Of a DNA stretch of 24,000 bases, positions 18,801 through 24,000 are shown piece after piece. The notes beneath the pieces are model-generated. The model saw nothing but the letters and a program-made list of their open reading frames with translations. It had not been told where the DNA came from and did not search any database. Position 1 is the first letter of the stretch. The number at the start of each line of letters is the position of its first letter. Position numbers and translations under genes: made by a program. The stretch is from Lysobacterales bacterium (GTDB lineage: Bacteria; Pseudomonadota; Gammaproteobacteria; Xanthomonadales; Ahniellaceae), in assembly GCA_016703225.1 (NCBI GenBank), contig JADJCM010000002.1, positions 504,106 to 528,105 of the forward strand, written 5' to 3'.

Positions 18801-19162
18801 ACACTTACCCGGGTGCGCTGTTCCAGGTGCTGACCAATCTGATCCACAACGCGCTGGTGCATGCCTTCACCGAGGGCAGCGCCGGGCACATGCAGGTCAG
18901 CGTGCAGGCCGACGGCGATGGCTTCTTGCTGCGCTTCCGCGACGACGGCGTCGGCATGCCCGAGGCGGTCGCGGCGCGCGCGTTCGAGCCGTTCTTCACC
19001 ACCCGTCGCGGCAGCGGCGGCTCCGGCCTCGGGCTGCACGTGGTGTTCAACCTGGTCACGCAAATGCTTGGCGGCCGCATCGAACTGCACACCGCACCCG
19101 GCGCCGGCTGCGAGTTCGTGTTGCATCTGCCGCTGCAAGCGCCGGCGCGGCCGCAGCGCTAG
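15839..19162 (+). CDS. Beta-propeller sensor histidine kinase (two-component regulator propeller + Y_Y_Y + TM + HisKA/HATPase)
   Basis: Signal peptide; many 'IWVGT..GL.R.D' propeller blades; 'NLWPGEYRMRIRGSNRSGSF' Y_Y_Y-type domain; TM 'WFALLVAFAAMALVVSGF'; H-box 'KMASLGGLVAGIAHEINTPIG'; HATPase 'LTNLIHNALVHAF', 'FFTTRRGSGGSGLGLHVVFNLV'. Confidence 0.93.
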   Translation: MKRGLPGWCLAFGLIGSMTSLASATHWSDMPLDEPGFASIGDSESIPDGVVSALVEDHAGMIWIGSPAGLIRYDGYRFRFHVHDDADPRSISGNFVRSLLVARDARLWIGTEADGLSVYDPVQERFESFLPDPDQPEGIAAGAVTALAETPDGAVWIGQRGGGLSRLDPRTRQFRHFHAAAGSEQAPNDDRVQALLVDRSGSLWVGTWDGLARLRAGGDRFEPVRFEAGVADVLAGKTVWCLFEAGDGRIWVGTQQGDLARVDPRDGRVLALAQSDAEGDPSATVYTAVQPLAQEVWLGRTSGIEVRAADDGRLLRHLRHDPARSMSLASNEVRALLLDRARLVWVGGYGGGVQRHDPNRRSLRVRRNESGHGGVFADPNVRSVLELTDGRILAGTQENGVAIFDAGLRLVGAFRAAPGRSDALQGGRVGGLAQTADGAIWIGTDSGLYRSATQQDRFERFATGKGRTRRLLAGRDGEVWVATEDGLYRKFADASDAQRIAGPDGELVGGDVNALVQAADGHIWVGTEKGIYVTTAARPDMQRLAVAADAGLAHPTVLGMMFDRNGSLWVDTAIGLHRLRDPAQAPARFERVSERLGIGGRPFGANLQQDAAGRIWTHEFVHDPANGTVHELTRADGVDFGTGWFRADAKTRDGRLLFGGSKGLLVVDPAGFRAWDYAPPVVATELKVDGRAQPLGALDQGLNLAPEQRGFSVEFAALDLSAPERNRYAYRLDGFDSGWTDTDANYRVATYSNLWPGEYRMRIRGSNRSGSFSPQELVFPVRVLPAFWQTWWFALLVAFAAMALVVSGFRSRTARIRRKAEQLQQLVDGRTAELRAAKERAESALGELRGAQRQLVEAEKMASLGGLVAGIAHEINTPIGIAVTAATHLQESSRVLVARIDARELKASELPAFRDNVNESMRLILGSLDRALHLITSFKKVAVDQSSEQRRRFELRGFLDDVRTALAPTYKHTSHRLDIDCAEGIVADTYPGALFQVLTNLIHNALVHAFTEGSAGHMQVSVQADGDGFLLRFRDDGVGMPEAVAARAFEPFFTTRRGSGGSGLGLHVVFNLVTQMLGGRIELHTAPGAGCEFVLHLPLQAPARPQR

Positions 19163-20745
19163 CGACAGCTGCCGGGGCTGAAGCTCGCAGGATCCTGTTC
19201 CAGTCCGTCGGCAAACAGCGTCTCGCCGAACACCGGGCCGAATTCGCTGGTGTTGCCCTGCGCGTCGATCGCGAGCAGCGTCAACGGCAAGACATTGGCG
19301 CCGATGTTCAGGGTGAACTGCAGCGGTTGTTGCGCGTTGATCTCGTCGATCTCCGCCTCGGCCAGCAATTCGGCGCTGCCGCCACCGCAGGCGGCGCGAT
19401 GGAACTGCACGGTGATCGGGTAGCTGCTGTTGCCGGGCAGGCTGTCGAGCGTGTAGTCCACGGTTACGCTGTCGCCACCGCTGGGTAGAAAGCCCGCCGG
19501 CAGAGTGAGATTCGGGAAGTTCTGGAAGCGGTTGCCGCCCGCCGCGATGCTGGGGTCGTTGCCGGCGGCATCGGCGTCGTCCGTGTCGTTGGGTGTGGCG
19601 CCGTCGAAGGCATTGCTGCCGGCCAGGTCGATGGCCAGTCCGCCATTGCCATGGAAGGTGTTGCCGAGGATCGGCGCGTTCCAGCAACTGCCGATGGCGA
19701 TGCCGGCGTTGGCGTTGTGGACGATGGCATTGCCCTCGCCGGGTGCGCTGCCGCCGATCAATGTGCGGCAGTAGCCGCCGAGGCTGACCAGGATTGCGGG
19801 ATAGCTCGAGGCTCGCCCATTGCCGAGCGCGCGGCCATCGATGCCGCTGCCGATGCGGTTGCCCTGGATGCGCACATGCGGCGCCAACCCCTGCGCCTGG
19901 GACGCGCCTGCAACAATTTCGACGGCCGCGAAGCCGTTGCCCGAAATCACATTGCCTTCGGCCGCCATGGCGCCGCCGATCAAGGTGTCTTGGGCAGAGA
20001 GCAGGTACGCGCCGAAATCCTGGCGGCCAGGGACCGAGGTCAGGTCGGCCGAGGCGCCGATGATGTTGCCCTGAATGCGCACCGAGGTCAGCCCGTATTG
20101 GTTTGCCAGGCCGTGATTGCGATTGGCGGAGATGACGTTGCCCTGCGCCGGGGTAGCGCCGCCGATGCGCACGTCGCCGCCGAGGGCAATGCCGTAGTCA
20201 TTGGCTGCGGCGAGTTGGCCGCTGATGTCGGTGCCGATGTAGTTGCCCTCGACGATGTTCGGGCCCGGATTGAAATGGAAGATCGCAAAATGCCAATGGT
20301 TGACGGCCAGCCCGCGCACACTCAACGGCGCATAAGCGATCAGGCCATCGGCTGCGTTTCCGGGGCCGCGCAGTTCGATCTTGAGCGTGTGCGCGATGCC
20401 GGCGTAGGGTGGGTTGCCATTGGGTGTGGCACCCGCCTGGGTAAAGCCGTCGATGCTCAGACCTTCCATGATGTTGGGCAGACTGCTCGCTGCGTCGATG
20501 CGCCAGTGCTGCGTGCCGGCCTGGTAGCCGGGATCGGCGATGGGCAGGTCGAAGGCGATAGCGTCGGCACCGGGCAGGGCGTTGGCGGTGACGATGGCGC
20601 CGCGCAGCGAGCAGTCGGCGGCGACGGCATCGTTGCAGTCGCCGAGCGCGGCGTCGCTGCTGGTGTCGACGATGAAGGTGGCGGCACCGGCGCAATGGCT
20701 GCCGGCAATCACTGCGAGAACGGTCAGGGTACGCAGCAGGGTCAT
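19159..20745 (-). CDS. Secreted beta-helix (pectate-lyase-like) repeat protein
   Basis: 'MTLLRTLTVLAVIAGSHCAGAATFIVDTSSDAALGDCNDAVAADCSLRGAIVTANA...' shows a signal peptide plus the 'CSLR.AI..AN' start motif of such proteins, then repeated 'IRIQGNIIG...GNVISGN' rungs. ATG 20745 preferred over the track start at 20937. Confidence 0.88.
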   Translation of the reverse strand: MTLLRTLTVLAVIAGSHCAGAATFIVDTSSDAALGDCNDAVAADCSLRGAIVTANALPGADAIAFDLPIADPGYQAGTQHWRIDAASSLPNIMEGLSIDGFTQAGATPNGNPPYAGIAHTLKIELRGPGNAADGLIAYAPLSVRGLAVNHWHFAIFHFNPGPNIVEGNYIGTDISGQLAAANDYGIALGGDVRIGGATPAQGNVISANRNHGLANQYGLTSVRIQGNIIGASADLTSVPGRQDFGAYLLSAQDTLIGGAMAAEGNVISGNGFAAVEIVAGASQAQGLAPHVRIQGNRIGSGIDGRALGNGRASSYPAILVSLGGYCRTLIGGSAPGEGNAIVHNANAGIAIGSCWNAPILGNTFHGNGGLAIDLAGSNAFDGATPNDTDDADAAGNDPSIAAGGNRFQNFPNLTLPAGFLPSGGDSVTVDYTLDSLPGNSSYPITVQFHRAACGGGSAELLAEAEIDEINAQQPLQFTLNIGANVLPLTLLAIDAQGNTSEFGPVFGETLFADGLEQDPASFSPGSCR

Positions 20746-20851
20746 GGGCAAGTCTCCGGGGTTTCCGGGGCATACGCTGCTTTGGTGGCGCAACTGACAT
20801 CGGCTGCTACATTTCGCCCGAGCCGCTGACGCGTGAGGGGTCGCCGCTGCA

Positions 20852-22177
20852 ATGGATGCATTCGTCTGGGATGAGCGCTTCGCCATTGGCGAGGCGCAGG
20901 TGGACTTCGAACACCAGGGGCTGGTGCGCATCATCAACGCGGTGGTGGCGCTGCATCGGGCCGGGGGCGGCAGTGCCGCGGAGCTGGAGCCGCTGCTCGA
21001 CGAACTGTTCGACTACGCCGCCACCCACTTCCGCCACGAGGAAGCGCTGATGCAGGGCAGCGGCATCGACGCCCGCCACTGCCGCCAACATGCGCTCGCG
21101 CACGGCGACTTCACCCGGCAGGTGCGGCGCCTGCGCGAGCTGCCGTTCCAGCCGACCAACACCTCGCATCTGGCGCGCTTCCTGACCGGATGGCTGGCGG
21201 CGCACATCCTGCGCGAGGACCGCTCGATGATGCGCCAGATCGAGCGCGTGCGTGCCGGCATCGATGCGGCCGACGCCTACGCGGCCGAGCTGGCGATCCC
21301 GGTGGATGTGGCGGTCGACAATCTGCTGCAGGCGATGGACGCGCTGTATCGCCTCGCCGACGCGCGCAGCGAGCAGTTGCAGTTGATGAAGGACCGGCTC
21401 GAAGAACTGGTCGCCGAGCGCACGCAGCAGTTGCTGCAGTCCGAGAAGATGGCCGCGGTCGGCCAACTCGCCGCCGGCGTCGCGCACGAAATCAACAATC
21501 CAATCGGCTTCGTGCGCTCGAACCTGTCCACGCTCAAGCGCTATCTGGACCAGTTCGGCGCGGCGCTCGATGCCGCTGCGGGTGGCACCACCGCGAGCGA
21601 CGAACTGGCCTTCGTGCGCGCCGACGCGGCGGCGCTGGTCGAGGAGAGCGAAGAGGGCGTGGAGCGCGTGCGCCGCATCGTCGCGGACCTGCGTGAGTTC
21701 TCCCAGGTCGATGCAGTGGCGACGCCGCGTGCGGTCGATGTGCACGCCGGCATCGACTCGATGCTGAACATCCTGCGCGCCCGCTTCGGAAATCGTTGCG
21801 AGGTGGTGCGCGAGTACGGCCGCGTGCCGGAAGTCGTGTGCCAACCGGCGCTGCTCAACCAGGTGCTGCTGAACCTCTGCGTGAACGCGGTCGAGGCGAT
21901 GGATGCGCGCGGCGGACAGCTGACGGTGCGCACCGGACCCTGCGGCGATGGTGTCTGCATCGAAGTCGCCCACGACGGGTGCGGTATCGCTCCCGAGCAC
22001 CTGCCGCACATCTTCGAGCCGTTCTTCACCACCAAACCGGTCGGGTCCGGGACCGGGCTGGGTCTGGCCGTGGCTTACGGCATCGTGCAGCAGCACCAGG
22101 GCACGCTGACCGCGACCAGCACACCGGGGGTCGGCAGCTGCTTCCACATCGAGCTGCCGGCGCGGCCGCCGCGCTGA
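20852..22177 (+). CDS. Bacteriohemerythrin-histidine kinase fusion
   Basis: N-terminal hemerythrin pattern 'WDERFAIGEAQVDFEHQGLVRIIN...HFRHEEALMQ...HCRQHALAHGDF...AAHILREDRSM'. C-terminal 'SEKMAAVGQLAAGVAHEINNPIGFV...NQVLLNLCVNAVEAM...FFTTKPVGSGTGLGLAVAYGIV'. Confidence 0.92.
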   Translation: MDAFVWDERFAIGEAQVDFEHQGLVRIINAVVALHRAGGGSAAELEPLLDELFDYAATHFRHEEALMQGSGIDARHCRQHALAHGDFTRQVRRLRELPFQPTNTSHLARFLTGWLAAHILREDRSMMRQIERVRAGIDAADAYAAELAIPVDVAVDNLLQAMDALYRLADARSEQLQLMKDRLEELVAERTQQLLQSEKMAAVGQLAAGVAHEINNPIGFVRSNLSTLKRYLDQFGAALDAAAGGTTASDELAFVRADAAALVEESEEGVERVRRIVADLREFSQVDAVATPRAVDVHAGIDSMLNILRARFGNRCEVVREYGRVPEVVCQPALLNQVLLNLCVNAVEAMDARGGQLTVRTGPCGDGVCIEVAHDGCGIAPEHLPHIFEPFFTTKPVGSGTGLGLAVAYGIVQQHQGTLTATSTPGVGSCFHIELPARPPR

Positions 22178-22186
22178 GGCCAGGCG

Positions 22187-22705
22187 CTACTCGCGGTAGA
22201 CGAAACGTCCGTCCTCGATCTTCATCACCACGTCGTCGTTGCCAGTGAGCGTGCCGTTGAACTCGACTTCGATGTGCGCGGGAGCGGCCTCGGCGACGTG
22301 CACGTCGACGACCACGTCGTAGCCCATCATGCTGCCGGCGATGAAGCGCTCCGGTGTGTAGTTCGCGAGCTGGGCGACGCTGCCGGCGGCGTCGCCGTTG
22401 CGGATTTCGTAGTGTCCCGGTCCGTTGATGCCGAACAGGTTGAGGTTGAACAGCTGCTCGCCTGCGTCTTTCGGCCCGCGCGCGCCGGCGACGATCAGCG
22501 CGCGTTCGTAGCCGGGCGGATGGAATGCGCCGAAGACATCGTGGTCGGCGCGCCATTCGATGCCATCGATGCGCATCTGCAGCGTGTTCTGGACGCTGGC
22601 GCCGGGCGCGATGCCGACTGCCGGTGCGATCGGCACGACGGACTCGCCGCAGCCGCAGGCGAGCAGGGCGAACAGCAAAATCGGGGCAGTGCGGGTGATG
22701 CGCAT
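22187..22705 (-). CDS. Small lipoprotein of unknown function
   Basis: 'MRITRTAPILLFALLACGCGESVVPIAP...' contains a lipobox (LLAC). ATG 22705 preferred over the track start. Confidence 0.75.
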   Translation of the reverse strand: MRITRTAPILLFALLACGCGESVVPIAPAVGIAPGASVQNTLQMRIDGIEWRADHDVFGAFHPPGYERALIVAGARGPKDAGEQLFNLNLFGINGPGHYEIRNGDAAGSVAQLANYTPERFIAGSMMGYDVVVDVHVAEAAPAHIEVEFNGTLTGNDDVVMKIEDGRFVYRE

Positions 22706-22724
22706 CGGCGGGGTCCTCCGGGAT

Positions 22725-24000
22725 TCAGTCTTCGAAGCCGTCGGCGAGCAGCACGATGTCTGCCTGCGGTTCGGTGGGCTGGCGTTCGATGGCTCCGCTG
22801 TCGCAGCGTGCGAGGCCATTGCCGTCGCCATCGATCGGAGCCGTGCGACCGCGCTGGTCGATGGTCCGGCCGGCGCTGCAGTCGGTGCGATCGATCAGCG
22901 CGCTGCCCGGTTGCGGCACGAAGCCGAAGGTGTCGCTGCCGAAGTTGCTGAGCGCGCCCAGGCCAAGATCGGCGGCGGTGGTGATGATCAGGTCGGTCGG
23001 ATGGGTGGGGCTGCAGTCGGCGGGCATGGCGTTGCCGCCTTGCGAAACACCGTTGAAACCGAAACAGCTGCTGGCGCCGGCGGCGAGGATCGCGTTGTTC
23101 TCGAGGTCGGCGCGGCCGCCCAGGGACGACACGTACAGCGCGGCGCCATTCGCCGACTGGCCATTGCGCAGCGTGCAGTGGCGAAGGCTGATCGAAGTGT
23201 TGATCAGGTGGCCGCCCATGACCGCGATGTCGCCGCCATGGCCGAGCGGGTTCAGGGTGGCGTTGCCGCTGAAGCTGAGGTTGATCAGTTCCTGGCCGAC
23301 GAGGCCGCGCAGGTGGATGGCGCCGCCGTCGTACTCGGCGTTGTTGTCGACGAAGCTGGCCTGGGCGATCGGTGCGGTGCGCGTGACCAGTGCGATGGCG
23401 CCGCCATGGCGGCGCGCGTGGTTACGGTTGAATTGCACCTGGTCGAAGATCGGGATGCCGCCGCCGTGCAAGCCGCCGCCATCGAAAGTGGCTTCGTTGT
23501 CGGCGATCACCACGCGCGTGAGCGCCGTGTAGCCCCACAGCATGGGCGCCGATTGTGGCCAGCCGGGTATGAGGGACAACGCGCCGCCGTAGTCGGCGAT
23601 GTTGGACTCGAATCGGCTGTCTTCGAAGGTGGCCTGGCCGCTCTGCAGGATGGCGCCGCCGAAGGGTGCGCGGTTGTTGCCAAACACGCCATGTTGCACC
23701 ACGAGCATGCCGAAGCCGCCTGCGTTCAGCGGCGAGGGTCCGTCGACGAACACGGCGCCGCCCTCGGACATTGCGAGGTTGCCGAGAAATCTCGGGCGCT
23801 GCAGCAACGCGGCGGTGTCGGGCACGGCGGTGCCGGGAACGCCGTCGTCGTGCGCGGACAGGAACAGCGCGCCGCCGCTCTCGTCGGCCAGGTTGTCGTC
23901 GAAGGACACCTCGGTGCCCGACAGGCTCGCGCCCTCGCGCAGCAGCACCGCTCCGCCGCGCAGCGTGGCGTGGTTCTGGTCGAAGCGCACTCGCGTCAGC
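22725..24000 (-). CDS. Beta-helix / polymorphic outer-membrane-like repeat protein (N-terminus beyond right edge)
   Basis: Repeated 'ESGGALFLS', 'SEGGAVFVDG', 'PFGGAILQSG..FEDSRFESNIADYGGALS' rungs and a C-terminal '...GLARCDSGAIERQP...IVLLADGFED'. The open frame reaches the window edge. Confidence 0.8.
   Translation of the reverse strand, partial: LTRVRFDQNHATLRGGAVLLREGASLSGTEVSFDDNLADESGGALFLSAHDDGVPGTAVPDTAALLQRPRFLGNLAMSEGGAVFVDGPSPLNAGGFGMLVVQHGVFGNNRAPFGGAILQSGQATFEDSRFESNIADYGGALSLIPGWPQSAPMLWGYTALTRVVIADNEATFDGGGLHGGGIPIFDQVQFNRNHARRHGGAIALVTRTAPIAQASFVDNNAEYDGGAIHLRGLVGQELINLSFSGNATLNPLGHGGDIAVMGGHLINTSISLRHCTLRNGQSANGAALYVSSLGGRADLENNAILAAGASSCFGFNGVSQGGNAMPADCSPTHPTDLIITTAADLGLGALSNFGSDTFGFVPQPGSALIDRTDCSAGRTIDQRGRTAPIDGDGNGLARCDSGAIERQPTEPQADIVLLADGFED

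Noticed and set aside
16226-19687. 1153-aa minus-strand ORF
   Set aside because: Antisense shadow of the well-supported propeller histidine kinase and part of the beta-helix gene. Low-complexity, Arg/Ala/Gln-rich translation with no domain signature; expected in high-GC DNA.
20807-22147. 446-aa minus-strand ORF
   Set aside because: Antisense to the hemerythrin-histidine kinase; no domain signature.
1-24000. CRISPR array, tRNA/rRNA genes, transposases, integrases or prophage genes
   Set aside because: Looked for regularly spaced repeats, tRNA-like TTC-anchored folds and transposase/integrase motifs; none could be supported from the sequence.

Overview
GC-rich gammaproteobacterial window. The gene content and style look Lysobacterales/Xanthomonadales-like, but this is an inference. 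From left to right it contains: (1) an ECF-type sigma factor upstream of a Ser/Thr kinase (minus strand, kinase open at the left edge), divergent from a secreted beta-helix protein whose ORF is broken by a -1 frameshift; (2) a complete phosphate-starvation operon, porin O/P - pstS - pstC - pstA - pstB - phoU, with a strong PHO box upstream, a GC-rich hairpin element between pstS and pstC, and an unusual ~79-bp imperfect tandem duplication of the pstA/pstB stop/start junction; (3) a lower-GC TlpA-like thioredoxin gene lying between a 16-codon hicB 3' relic and an intact hicAB toxin-antitoxin pair; (4) a secreted protein with three copies of a six-cysteine motif; (5) Hpt, GNAT, ybeY and phoH-like genes; (6) a beta-propeller histidine kinase, a secreted beta-helix protein, a hemerythrin-histidine kinase fusion, a small lipoprotein, and another beta-helix protein open at the right edge. 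No clearly novel defence or mobile system is visible. The observations most worth following up are the duplicated pstA/pstB coupling junction, the recurring C-terminal 'L(F/L)xDG(F/L)E' tail on the non-lipoprotein secreted proteins, the Cys-rich repeat protein, the hicB relic next to a foreign-looking cargo gene, and the hemerythrin-kinase fusion.
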